Shown piece after piece: positions 49,373 through 63,115 of a DNA stretch of 64,000 nt (its first letter is position 1; each line of letters opens with the position of its first letter). This DNA is from Tubulanus polymorphus (Eukaryota; Animalia; Nemertea). The DNA is taken from contig NC_134032.1 in the NCBI RefSeq assembly GCF_964204645.1, forward strand, positions 14,744,275-14,808,274, written 5' to 3'. The translations under genes and the position numbers were made by a program. The notes under the pieces are model-generated. The model had not been told where the DNA came from. It was given only the letters and a program-made list of their open reading frames with translations, and did not search any database.

Positions 49373-49804
49373 TACGGAAGCCCCTAGGTGACATACGAGA
49401 AAGTTTTTTCACAATTTCGACTTATTAAGTCGAATTTCGACATAATAAGTCGAATTTCGACTTAATAAGTCGAATTTCGACATAATAAGTCGAATTTCGG
49501 GTTAATTAAGTCGAAATTCGACATAAGTCGAATTTCGTGTTAATTAAGTCGAATTTCGAGTTTTATTTTCATGTCGAATTTCGACTTATTAAGTCGAAAT
49601 TCGACTTAATAAACACGAAATTCGACTTATTAAGTCGAAATTCGACTTAATTAACACGAAATTCGACTTATTATGTCGAAATTCGACTTTCTAAGTCAAA
49701 ATTCGACTTATTAAGTCGAAATTCGACTTATTATGTCGAAATTCGACTTAATAAGTCAAAATTATGAAAAAAATTATCTCATATGTCACCTAGGGGCTTC
49801 CGTA
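49373..49804. mobile_element. TACGGAAGCCCC-TIR MITE, long copy
   Basis: Same TIRs; TSD CGTTTG; opposite orientation to the 17900 copy. Confidence 0.9.
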
Positions 49805-51009
49805 CGTTTGACTCCCGCCTAATACAAAATAATCCATCAATATGATAGCCCTATAATTGATACAATTGCTCATTCTACTTCAACCAGGGAGACGAGTCAG
49901 GGAATTTCGAAGAACATTTTTCCTCCGCGCCATCGGGACAAAATTCTCGTTAGAGATTTTTGATCTGTAGACACAGTGACAGACAGTTAACAAGACTTGT
50001 CCTACAGACTTCATCTTGCAATATACACATCATGAAAACAAATTCCGTGATCTAGGCCGCAGAAACGGTCTGCAATCTTTAGAATTATACCAACTGCTCA
50101 GACAAGCCAATGAGTACCATGCAGGTCACTCGATGTTATTTCAAACTTATAAAAGCAGTTTCATATTAGATAGAAAAACTTTCGAGGCAACCACTCGAGA
50201 GTCTGGAGTGGTCAGTTTTATTTCATTGGTTAAGTTTTGGAGCATTGCGTTAGTAGGTTTTTCGCTTTTACTGTCTGTTTTCTATCAAGTTTATTATTTA
50301 ATGCCAAGGTATATATAGAGGCGTGTAGAGTCGAGCCCCGTGTTTATATTCCATTTGGAACAGTCGCCAGCGGAACAGTCCGTTAGTGGGCACTCGCAGC
50401 GAACTCGACCCTGGCAAGCCTGGTTTACGGTCGACAGCTGGTTCGCGATTTACGGTGAAGGTCGTTGGAAGAGGGCATTTAGTGAATGTCAAACTCGAAG
50501 CGTCGAATTGTAAATTTCGGTAAATAAAATTAATTAGAATGATATCTCACCTTTTTTTCTCAACGAAATGATTATAAGACAATTCTCTCTGATCGCTTCA
50601 ATAATCAGTGACCTGATCATCGTGGGAATACGGTTTAAATCGGCGGTGGTTATTAGAGACGGGTCGGGAGTCGAGAGTCCGAGTGTGTACACAATTGCCT
50701 CCTCGCTAGTAGTGTTATAAGAGACCTTAACAATAAGAAGGCCTCCTTTTTGAGTATTGTTTTATCTTTATGCTTTTTGGGTTTTCTTGACCAACTCAAA
50801 CTGATGTATGAGTAACTCGGGACCCAGAGTTTCAGTATTACTAACCTCTACTACACTAACCCTCACCTGACAATATACGGTATTACAAAATGACTTGATG
50901 ACCACCATACCTGCTCCCGATAGCCTCGCAAATCGATTGTTGCCTCAGAATTGAAATTGTACAAATTTATACCAGTTTTCTCACTATTTTCAGCTTCTAA
51001 GAATTAACC

Positions 51010-54000
51010 ATGTCCGGATCGGAGATCGTCAATTACATGGACTTCACGATAGACGACGTGAAAAACGGCTCCAATTTGGAAAGTCCCGTTAAAAAGAAAG
51101 GGAAATTCGACCCGCACGGATTGAGTTTAAGCGAAATCGCGGAGATGCTCGGCTGCGACCTCGACAGCGTTAAATTCGCGCGTTACATGGACAACCACGA
51201 TCGATTGAAACATTTGAGGAACGAGTATTACTATCCGAAAAATAAAACTCTAATTGGAAGTAAGTTTTTTGAGATAATCCGGATGAAACTTGCGAGAAAA
51301 ACCAAAAATGTTTCCTTGAGCGAGTAGTTTTTAAATTAGAACGTTATGACTTTATCCTAATTCAGTAAACAACTTTATCCTCAGTCAACACCCAATATAC
51401 CGCCCACATCTCGGTGCAGAATGATTTTGTTGGTATAGAGAGTATGGCGGTATATCAGAGGTGTTTTACTATGTATTTGTATAGAGATGTACATCGAGAA
51501 AACCTGGTGGTCGGTGGGGGTGGCGGTACATGGGAGGGTGGTATATCGGGGGTGTTTTATTATGTATTTGTATAGAGATGTACATCGAGAAAACCTGGCT
51601 GTAGGCGGGGGTGGCGGTAAATTGGAGGGCGGTATATCGGGGGTGTTTTACTATGTATTTGTATAGAGATGTACATTGAGAAAACCTGGCAGGGGTGGCG
51701 GTAAATGGGAGGGTGGTATATCGGGGGTTGACTGTAGTCTTCTTCAGGAATGTGATATTTTTCAGGCTAATTGTTCTTCTTTATGTACTGTGGTATTTAA
51801 CCGTATAAAATTTCGGGTTCGGACAATTCCTCGTGAAAACTGGTCCTCGATATTGATGAAGATGTGATTGAATTTCGAGCGATAAATCTTTGTTTTTCAT
51901 TTAATTATTTTATTAGTTGATTTATGTAAAGTTGACCTGGAAGAGGACAGTGTATATTTCTGCGGTAATTCACTGGGATTGCAGCCTCGAGGTACAAACT
52001 ACTACATTCAAAAAGAGTTGGATAAATGGGCAAAAATGTAAGTTCAAGGATGATTAATAATAATAATAATTATTATTATAATAATGATGTTAATTTGTTG
52101 ATATAGCGTTATGATATTTAGTAATCAAAATGCTTTATATTAACGTTACAATACAGGGTCCAGTTCCACAGTTCCCAGCTAAGATTTGACTCTGGGTTAA
52201 CTCATTGAAAATGAACTAACTTTAACTCAGAGTTAACTCTAACTCACGACTGTGGAACTGGGTCCTGTAGAACTCGCTTGTTTCGGATCACCCAGGACTG
52301 GAAAATAGTGTCCGAATTAAACAAAATCCGAATTATGCGCTCTCATTTGAAAACGAATAACCTAGAGGGGACCGGAGTGTTAGTCCGAAATAAATGAAAA
52401 ACCCGAATAAAACCGATCCGAATTAAGCGAGTGGTAATTAATAATCATAAGATTGTTAAAATACCAGGACCCAGTTCCACAGTTGTGAGTTAGAGTTAAC
52501 TCTGAACTCAGGATCCAGTTCTACAGTTGTGAGTTAGAGTTAACTCTGAACTCAGGATCCAGTTCCACAGTTGTGAGTTATGAGTTAACTCCGAACTCAG
52601 GATCCAGTTCCACACTCTGGATCCAGTTCCACAGTTGTGAGTTAGAGTTAACTCTGAACTACAGGACCCAGTTCCACAGTTGTGAGTTAGAGTTAACTCT
52701 TGAGTTAAAATTAGTTCATTTTCGATGAGTTAACTCAGGGTCAAATCTTAACTCGGAACTGTGGAACTGGACCCAGTCTGGGAGACCGGTGACAAAATGC
52801 TGTTTTAAAGCAATAATTGCGGTGACATTGTTAGGTAAAGGATGCGTTCTATTGATCTGAAAATCGTTGATTATTTTGTAGCGGAGTTCAAGGTCACGTG
52901 AACGGTGATTTGCCGTGGGCTCACTGCGACGAAAAAATCAACGCTCGAGTTGCTAGGCTTGTCGGTAAGATAACCGTGAAAACGTTGAGAATTATTCTGC
53001 GGAACCAGGTTCACCTGCACTAATTAGTGTAGGCGCATTATAGTCTAATGTCTATTTCAACTTGACTCGAGAGCACATCGGGTGGCCTAGTTTTGGTGAC
53101 AAATACCTGATAAAGGTCTTTTTTAATTAGAACCAGAAAGGACTGTCAGCTGACCAAAAACATTGATTTTTAATCCATTTTAAACTGTATTGAAGGATAT
53201 CCAAAAAGTCTTCATTGAAAGCGTTTGAATTAGGAAATGTGACTCCATGATTTTTAAGTTAAACAATGTGTTTCTATGCCTACAGACCCAGCTCTAGTTG
53301 GTAGGCATGGAAACATATTGTTTTTGAGATAAACTATGTATTTCAGGTGGAAACTCAGATGAAGTTCAGTTAATGAATGGCTTAACAGTAAATTTGCATT
53401 TCTTACTCGTAAGTTTTCTCCCCAGAAAATTTTAAACCATTTTGAATTGGGGAATTTATTGCATATCTGGTGGGTGCATGCTGTGATGATATATGGATTC
53501 GGAAGCCTGAAAATTCAGTTTGCAGTTCATTGTAAATGAACTAATTTGACAAAGGACCACCTACTGCTCGTCACGCCATCTAGTGGGATAGCTCGTGTTA
53601 CGGGTTCTCATTTGACTGTTTTGTTTTTCTGTTTTCTGCGCGATAGATATCATTTTATCGACCAACACCTCAAAGACACAAGATTCTGCTGGAATCCAAG
53701 GCTTTTCCATCGGACCATGTAAGTTTTTTTTCTGACCGATTGGCTGCTTACAAATATCTGTATAAGTTCTGATGTCTAGAATTCTAAAATGATCATGGCG
53801 TCTTAAAGGCACCACCTAAAAGGAAAACGCAGTAAATGTAACTTACAACATTTCTAACCTTATAGAATTATCTATTAACGAAATATCTCGTAGAAATGTT
53901 GTTTATGCGATGTGTTACAGTATGCAATAGAATCACAGATTCGTCTTCACGGTTTCGATCCCGAATCAAGTATGATCTGTTTAGAACCGAGACAGGTATG

Positions 54001-57000
54001 TGAGCTTTGACTCGTCATTGTGTTTTAGAGCAAGCGTTCGTAGCTTGTGAATTGTTAACTCGTCCACTGACCATCCAACTATATTTAACGAACCCCTGTC
54101 ACACTAGACCGGGTGCGCAGGTACATGCGCAGCTTTCCGAACGAAAACTGGCGGCACCAATCAGATTGCTCGTTGTATAATCGCTGAGGTAAATTTCAAG
54201 GAAGAACTATAAATGGGGAAAACCCGGGCTAAAATAAAACGGGATTTCTGATTGGCTAAAAATCACATCATCTGAACTGCGCATGTATCTGCACACACGG
54301 TCGATTATGGCAGGGTTTCGTGCCGTGGCAATCTCGATGCCATCAGGTTCGAATCCCTGCCGGGGGAGGATGCAAATAACTATATTATTGTAATCGAAAG
54401 CATCAATGAAATTAATAAGATCACATTGATCAAATAATTAGATAATAGGGATAATGTCTTATTTCAAGATCATGATCTCAAGGTGATAGGTTCAGTTGCA
54501 GTTCACGGTTCTAGGTTCAGTTACAGCTTGGAGTAATCATTTGACTACTCAATGATTACTCCAAATGATTACTCCAAGGTTACACAATGCACCCTTCCTT
54601 AATCATGTTGATCTGCTGATTCCACCGAGTCCACTTACTCTTTACTATATTTCTGTTTAGGGTGAGTTTACTCTTCGTACCGAAGATATCCTCGCGAGGA
54701 TCGCTAGCGAGGGCGATTCTATAGCCGTTGTATGTTTAAGCGGTGTGCAGTATTACACCGGACAGTTGTTCGACATGGCGGCCATTACTAAAGCCGGTCA
54801 AGAAAAGGTAACGCGTTTTACCTTGAAAAATAACACGTATATTGCTTAATATTGTCGACAATAGATTATAGCCCCGATATGTTGATGACGTCGTGCATAT
54901 CCTTTCGAAAAGTAATTATTAAAATTTATCGAAAATGAAAAAAGAATTGTGAAATATTAGACGAGAAGATACACAATATCCGTGTATGATGATGACGAGA
55001 GAAATCTCACAATAACGAAGCCAAGATTGAAAAATTCTATATCGGAATGATTGTATTTGAGGAGCGACATTTCGGCTAACAACTGTTAGCCATCATCAGG
55101 CGTACTGATGATGGCTAACAGTTGTTAGCCGAAATGTCGCTCCTCAAATAAAATCTTGGCTTCGTTATTGTGGGATTTCTCTCGTAATTATGAAATATAT
55201 TCTATTACAAAATAAACGCCAGAATTCACAATTCTGATAGTCATTTTGAAACGCTATAATCGATTACATAGTAGTGAACATCGATTAACACAGAACCTGT
55301 TAAATAACGCATATTAGGCATCAGTGTATATAAACATTATTGAAACGGTTTTTATGGCGTCAAAAAAGTTAAGAGTTCTACTATAAGCCACACGACTGAG
55401 AAATTGGCTCATATTTACGTTTCCATCATACGCATGTGAATGTCTGTTTTGTAATATTCTGTACGTGTGAATTATTTCAGGGTTGCTATGTTGGATTTGA
55501 TCTGGCTCATGCGGTCGGAAACGTAGAAATTCATCTTCATGATTGGAACGTTGATTTTGCCTGTTGGTGTACGTACAAGGTTTGTATCATTCATTCATTC
55601 TCCTTTTGCAGTGGTAACATTAAAAAAAAAAAAGTCTAAAATGTTTCCTTGAGCTAGTGTAGTTTATTCAACATTTCGATTTTACCCTAATACTAGTCAT
55701 CTTCAGGAATACTGTATTCCTTGAGCAAGTGTAGTTTATTCAACTTTTGACTATATCCTAATACTCATCTTCAGGAATAATTTATTCCTTCAGCTAGTGT
55801 AGTTTATTCAACTTTTGACTATATCCTAATAGTCATCTTCAGGAATAATTTATTCCTTCAGCTAGTGTAGTTTATTCAACGTTTCGATTTTATCCTAATA
55901 TTCATCTTCAGGAATACTGTATTCCTTGAGCTAGTGTAGTTTATTCAACGTTTCGACTATATCCTAATAGTCATCTTCAGGAATACTGTATTCCTTGAGC
56001 TAGTGTAGTTTATTCAACGTTTCGACTATATCCTAATAGTCATCTTCGGGAATACTGTATTCTTTGAGCTAGTGTAGTTTATCCAACGTTTGACTATATC
56101 CTAATAGTCATCTTCGGGAATACTGTATTCTTTGAGCTAGTGTAGTTTATCCAACGTTTGACTATATCCTAATAGTCATCTTCGGGAATACTGTATTCTT
56201 TGAGCTAGTGTAGTTTATCCAACGTTTGACTATATCCTAATAGTCATCTTCAGAAATACTGTATTCCTTGAGCTAGTGTAGTTTATTCAACATTTCGACT
56301 ATATCCTAATAGTCATCTTCAGGAATACTGTATTCCTTGAGCTAGTGTAGTTTATTCAACGTTTTGACTATATCCTAATAGTCATCTTCAGGAACACTGA
56401 TGTTGTCCTCATTATAGCCATTGATGAAACACTCTTAGTCCGTGTTCACTCAGAGTAAAAAGAGTCTAAATGATTCCTTTAGCTACGTTGTGCAACTTTC
56501 ATCCATCTATTCAGCTGAGTGATTGTTATGTCTGAATTTCAGTATTTGAATGCCAGTGCCGGTGGAATAGCCGGAGCCTTCCTTCACGAGAGACACATGC
56601 ACAATGACTTTCCGAAGTTGTTAGGTTGGTGGGGCCATGAAGGCAAGACCAGATTCGTTATGGACAATGGTACAGTATATAATAATTCCTATTTGCCTTA
56701 GATTCAAAGTCTTTGATACATCGTCGTCACATTACTGAAGTCATCTCTATTTTTTAGTCCCAATTTATATTTCTAATTCAATTTACTAAGTGTAAGTCAT
56801 CATTTGGATAAGTCGTCACATTACTGAAGTCATCTCTATTTTTGAGTCCCAATTTCTATTTCTAATTCAATTTACTAAGTGTAGGTCATCATTTGGATAA
56901 GTCGTCACATGACTAAAGTCATCTCTATTTTCAAGTCCCAATTTGTGTACGTAATTCACAAAGTCGTCTAAGTTGTCATTCAGATGCCAAGTCATCAACA

Positions 57001-58914
57001 TGATGAACGTCACAACAATGACGACTTTGAATGTCACCAGTATTTTTACTCAACGCGTTTTAAACATTATTTTACAGATTTGAAATTATCTCCTGGTATC
57101 GACGGATACCGGGTTTCAAACCCGCCGCCATTGTTGGTCTGTCCGTTAATAGCAAGCATAGATGTAAGTAGTCACATGACATCGGTTTAAACCTTTCCCG
57201 ACCATTTGCTTTATTTCTGGGTCTGAGTCTTATACTTTTGCGCGTGGAGCCCAATCCCAGGTCCCGGTGTGGCTGTATAAAAGGTGTCCTGCTGGGTCCA
57301 GTTCCACAGTTCTGAGTTAACTCTAAGATAACTCATTGAAAATGAACTGATTTTAACTCTTACACTAACTCACAACTGTTGAACTGGGCCCTGGGGGTTT
57401 AGACCTCTGTCTCAGTGAGGTGATGTTTCCCCTTAAAGATATAAGACAACATTAAAAATACGTACGTCAATGATGTGCTTCATTGAAATGAGAGCACGCG
57501 TGTTAACACTATTCATTGGATACCCGAACCCAGCCCGCTTGCCGGGGGAAATTCATCACTGTTGAAAAATGTTAAATGGCTTAGATTTGTACTACGGGCC
57601 ATTCGCCAAGTGTCTACGCCTACATGGGGAGGGCAGGTGGTGGTAGAGGCCACTCTCTGCATTTACGAGGGAAGGAGGGAAGGTTTGAAATGAAAGACTC
57701 CCGTGAATTTACCACCTATATCTCTCTCTTTCGATTTTCTTCAGATTTTTGAAAAGACCAGTATGGAAGCATTACGCGCGAAGTCGAAACAATTGACCGG
57801 ATATTTAGAGATATTGTTGCTGCAGAAGTTTCCGAAGCCGTCGTCGTCGTCGCCGGGGGAGACGATTGATAATAAACCGTACATCGAGATTATCACGCCT
57901 TCCGATCCCGATCAGAGAGGATGTCAATTATCGGTGAAATTCTCCGTTCCGATAAAAAACGTCTTCAAAGAATTGGTGAAACGTGGAGTCGTGGTATGTA
58001 CTATACACTGAGAACTCCTGCCCCCCTAATCTCTATTTCAACCTGACTTGAGAGCATTCCAGGTGGCCTAGCTCAGTCAGTTTTGGTAGTACATACCCGA
58101 TAAATGTCTTAGTAGGACCAGAAAGGACGGGCAGTCGACCTTAATCATCATTTTTTAATCCATTTGAAACTGTATTGAATATCCAAAAAGTCTTCACTGA
58201 AAGGGGTTAAATGAAGAGAAGTGACTCCATGATTTGAAAGTTTAACAATATGTTTCCATGCCTACGTATCAAGTTTCAGTTGGTAGGCACGGAGACATAT
58301 TGTTAAACTTTCAAATCATGGAGTCTCTTTTCTCTCAGGAACCCCTCTCAATGCAGATTTTTTGGATATTCTTCAATACAGTTTCAAATGGATTAAAAAA
58401 TGATGATTTAGGTCGACTGCCAATGGATTCTGGTCCTATTAAGACCTTTATCAGGTATGTGCTACTAAAAATGAGCGACCTAGGCCACCCGGAATGCTCT
58501 CAAGTCAGGTTGAAATAGACATTAGGAGACACATCCTCCTTCAACGGCGATTCCATGAGACTCTGTCACAGTACAAACCCCTGTCCAAGTACAAAAGGAA
58601 ACATCTGAACATCTCCGTCAAAGGGATTCAAACCCCTGCCCTAATAGACATCTCTTCCCTAGTAGCGATTCAAATCCCAGCCCTAGACCCATCCTCCGTC
58701 TGCTGGTATTGATTTTCTGTTGATATATATATTTCAGTGTGATGAAAGAGAACCGGATGTAATTCGATTGGCTCCAACTCCGATGTACAATAAATTTGAA
58801 GATGTTTATAGATTTATTCATTTACTCGAACATTCTCTGGCAGACGCCGCAAAATATCCACCGCAGAAAACAACAACAACAACAACGCCATCTACTACTA
58901 ATCAGCTGAACTAA
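51010..58914 (+). CDS. KYNU: Kynureninase (PLP-dependent), 515 aa
   Basis: Exons 51010-51259, 51917-52037, 52882-52964, 53347-53408, 53647-53718, 53921-53995, 54661-54807, 55481-55579, 56543-56669, 57078-57163, 57745-57993 and 58738-58914 total 1548 nt. Motifs: [40 protein letters not shown] (PLP lysine), GWWGH, SNPP, QRGCQLS. Confidence 0.96.
51382..51734. mobile_element. Tc1/mariner-type MITE with ~89-bp internal repeats
   Basis: CAGTCAAC.CC..ATATACC / GGTATATCGGGGGTTGACTG-TA. Confidence 0.65.
54995..55185. mobile_element. Penelope-like inverted terminal remnant with hammerhead cores on both strands
   Basis: Inverted repeat centred on 55100-55104; each arm reads CTGATGA-T-GGCTAAC(AGTT)GTTAGCC-GAAA-TGTC. 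Confidence 0.7.
55638..56399 (-). ncRNA. Second array of 11 x 69-nt hammerhead motifs, antisense within KYNU intron 8
   Basis: Same unit and same flanks as 47711-48498. Several units have core mutations (CCGAAGA, loss of the G in GAAA). Confidence 0.72.
58025..58526. mobile_element. ~500-bp foldback MITE; partial copy at ~53045-53335
   Basis: The arms are reverse complements over nearly the whole length. Confidence 0.85.
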
Positions 58915-61900
58915 CTACGTACGCATATCAGCATTCGAGTAAAGTGTCAGTTGTAAAAAGCTTGAATACGGCCGCGCAGGATTTAAATTGATTTCTGGAT
59001 TTAGAGACTTTGAAACAGAGGAGTTCCATGCTCGCAATACTAGTCGCTGAATTAGTCGTTAGTTAGGTCCAAAATTGGATAGAATATTTTTGTTTGAGAT
59101 CATTTGTTATTAAATCTTCATACAAATCTATATCGACTATTGATTGGATTGATGATGATGTATGTCCATAGGAGGATTAAAATGTCTTTATCACATTATT
59201 TGATTTTCAGTATGTTTTAAGTCAAGTTTATATAATTCTGGTTCATGGGTATTTAATAAGAAAAATGTTAAACATCCAACAGGTGTGAATTGAATCTTGA
59301 CTGCCACGTCAAATTCTAAATCCACATCTCTGGGTATTCTGGGAATTCACATTTATTACAAGTTCTAGTAAACTAACTATGTTTATTCAAAGAATCAGAC
59401 CTTTTTTCACAGTTCTATCCTACAGTACTGGACCCAGTTCCACAGTTGTGAGTTAAGATTTGACTCAGAGTTAACTCATTGAAAGTGAACTGATTTTAAC
59501 TTAAACTCACAACTGTGGAACTGGATCCTGGGAAATCGGTAAAATCATGGCAACCATTAACAAATATCTAGAAATTTAAAAGATTTGCTTTAATCTGAGA
59601 AATATTCTGGAAATTCATTTTGCGCTTCGCGTAGCATAGTTCCGGGATGTCAATTGCCACCCGAGGGCAACTTTCTTCAGTAATTTCTCATGAAAATCAC
59701 CTCTAGTATCTACCAGTCACCACTTAAATGTTGATGTCCTGTAGTTCAATGGTTTGTACGCTTTGACGAAGGACCCATTTCCGTTTGGGAAAAGTGAAAA
59801 AATCACCCGTGAAATACTCGGATTCAATTTTTCAGATTCATGTGTATAACTATGTCAAACATGTTGTCTAGAAGAAATAGCTTTCAGTCTTTACATTATT
59901 TCGATTATCACCACTAAAACTGTAGGAATAATTTCAAAGCCTTTGTCAATGAAAGTCGATAATTTTTTAGTCTTTGAGATGTTAAATATTTTGTGTCGTG
60001 GATAATTTCAAAAATTGTACATCGAACAAAACATTTGACCAAAAAGAATTTGTAATCTTTTGTCCATTAGTGTTTGTTCCAAGCGATCTCTATATATTTT
60101 TCAGCCATAAATCTCTCTGTCTCAGAAACTGACTAAGAGGGATTGCAGTCAAACTTGTTGATGACTTTTCTAAATGATGACTTACACTTAGTGAATTGAA
60201 TACAAGTTGGGACTTGAAAATATTAAGACACCTAATTAGTGAGACGACTTATCCTAATGACGACTTCACTGACTTTGACTGTAATTCCTATTTTCTGTTC
60301 CAATTGTATTGAGATTCTTTCATAATCATGATTATTATTTTGTTGTAATTTTATCAGGTATATACATGAAATGTACAAATAATTATTTCCATGATATTAA
60401 AACTTATAATATCGGCTTTTTTGGTTCCTCGATCTTATCGACTGAATTTCCTGGTGGCCAGTTTAAAAAAAAAATGTCTAAGATGAAATTTTTCGTTTAT
60501 TTAATCTTATCTGAAACGATTAAAAGTTGAAGAATAGAAAAACTCCTGACGATCATCAAAAACTATAGAGGATTTTCAACTCGTCAAATCGCCACGCCAC
60601 ATTAACTCAAGAAAATGGCTCGGTTTGATTGGGGGGGGGGGGGGGGGTTTATTCTTCAGTCGACTTCTATAAAAACCAATGATTAAGAGTTAATCCTTTT
60701 TGTGAAACTGGACCCTAGTACTTTTTCGAATGTTTGGAGAAATTATTGTTACAACGAGTTAACTGGATCGGATGGGAGCACTCCGGCTTCTGTTCAATCC
60801 TCAGCCAGACCAGCTCAGGCAAGTGAGGATGCAGCACCTTCATTTAATCTTCACTCAATCGTGGAATTTACAAGGATGCTTTTACACTAAGAGGATTATT
60901 AATTGACGGTTGATGCGGGGAGTTTAGAGAGGATTAAAGCGCGTATGGATTTAATCGTTAAAATGCAGCAGCTGAAGAACCGCCTGCTCTGCTCTCTGCT
61001 GCTGTTCTGATGGGATTCGAACCCAAAATCCCTCAGTAGAAGTCATTTAGTCCGCTAATGTATGTTGCTGAGTAAAAACAACATTTCTATCGGGATATTT
61101 ACTACTGAATTATGGAATATTCTGCCAGTATTATCGGTGGGTAACATTTTTAAACGAATTTCTATGATTATGGTGTAGTTTTGTGGTATTTGTCGGGGAG
61201 GGATAACCGGTAAAAACTAAGACTGATGACTTTCATCCGTGGCATCGTCCAATCAAATTCAATTGTTTTTTATTGGATGTTGTGTTACGAAATAGAGAAT
61301 CGGTATCTTCGGAACAAAACAAAGAGAACCTGTTAGTTAAAATACTCGTATAGTGAATAGTAATTGATAGTAGTATGATGGTGTTATGGTTAGGTTAGGT
61401 ACAGTCATAACCATTTACGGACACCTCAAAAAGTACAGCTCCGAAATATGTAATTTTTGATTGCTCTAATTTTCAAGAATTTTAATTTTCATTTATGGTA
61501 AAAAATCAGTTGAAGTACGTCATGATTAAGATTCCTATGAATATCCATGGTACCCCGTTATGCCCCGCTCTGCTGCTGCTGTCTGCACTCACTGGTAACA
61601 GATTGTATTAATATCAACGAACGTCCCATTCCAAACTGTCAATACAAAATTTGAAATTCAAATTTTTTCGAAAAAATATCTGATTTTTGTATTATATCAA
61701 TTTGACGCAGTTTGAAATAGAGACAAACAACAGACGGACTTCGTAGGAACGAGGTTTCAGTGGATTTATCTGGAAACACAGCTGTAATAGGTCCAACGTA
61801 AGAATCTTCGCCTTATTTCTGATTTACTGAACATTTCTTCAGATTTAGCTCTGAAAATTCAGTTTGAATTTAGTATTAAATGTTTTGAGGAGATCTGTCT

Positions 61901-62246
61901 CTGTAGACATCTGTCTCCCCATTACGGGTGTCCTGTGTAATTTATTACTTGTCCATTACGGATGTTTCCACACAACTACCATAGGCCCTATTTAATTTGT
62001 AGCAGTGGCTGCCTTACAGAACAGAATTAGATTATGATGATTCCGAAAATGAATGACACTATCGTAACCCAGTTCCCCGTAACCCGGTCTTTTTGTACTT
62101 GGGACAAAATTTGTCCAATTTGAGAATTATATCCAAGCTCTATATTTTTTATCATGCGTTATTTGTGGGTTTAGGAAAAGTTTTTTACTTGAAAATGCAT
62201 CTCATCGACCGACAAAACCATCAAGAACTGACACTGTTGGATGATG

Positions 62247-63115
62247 AGACTCCGCTCAAGTCGGATCTTTTGACTAGAGAGTGATATCTGAGTTGGATGG
62301 TACAGTAGACTCCGCTCAAGTCGGATCTTTTGACTTGAAAGTGATATCTGAGTTGGATGGTACAGTAGACTCCGCTCAAGTCGGATCTTTTGGCTTGAGA
62401 GTGATATCTGAGTTGGATGGTACAGTAGACTCCGCTCAAGTCAGATCTTTTGACTTGAAAGTGATAGGCCTATCTGAGTTGGATGGTACAGTAGACTCCG
62501 CTCAAGTCGGATCTTTTGACTAGAGAGTGATATCTGAGTTGGATGATACAGTAGACTCCGCTCAAGTCTGATCTTTTGGCTTGAGAGTGATATCTGAGTT
62601 GGATGGTACAGTAGACTCCGCTCAAGTCTGATCTTTTGGCTTGAGAGTGATATCTGAGTTGGATGGTACAGTAGACTCCGCTCAAGTCAGATCTTTTGAC
62701 TTGAGAGTGATATCTGAGTTGGATGGTACATTAGACTCCGCTCAAGTCGGATCTTTTGACTTGAGAGTGATATCTGAGTTGGACGGTACAGTAGATTCTG
62801 CTCAAATCAGATCTTTTGACTTGAGAGTGATATCTGAGTTGGATGGTACAGTAGACTCCACTCAAGTCGGATCTTTTGACTTGAAAGTGATATCTGAGTT
62901 GGATGGTACAGTAAACTCCGCTCAAGTCAGATCTTATGACTTGAGAGTGATATCCGAGTTGGATGATACATTAGACTCAACTCAAGTCTGATCTTTTGAC
63001 TAGAGAGTGATATCTGAGTTGGATGGTACAATAGACTCTGTTCAAGTCTGATCTTTTGACTTGAGAGTGATATCTGAGTAGGATGGTACAGTAGACTCCG
63101 CTCAAGTCGGATCAT
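62247..63115. repeat. 60-bp tandem repeat (~14 units)
   Basis: Unit AGACTCCGCTCAAGTCGGATCTTTTGACTTGAGAGTGATATCTGAGTTGGATGGTACAGT, with an internal hairpin CTCAAGTC/GACTTGAG. Confidence 0.95.

Noticed and set aside
62221-63115. Repetitive ORFs in the 60-bp array
   Set aside because: Stops and a 4-bp insertion interrupt the frames; no gene structure.
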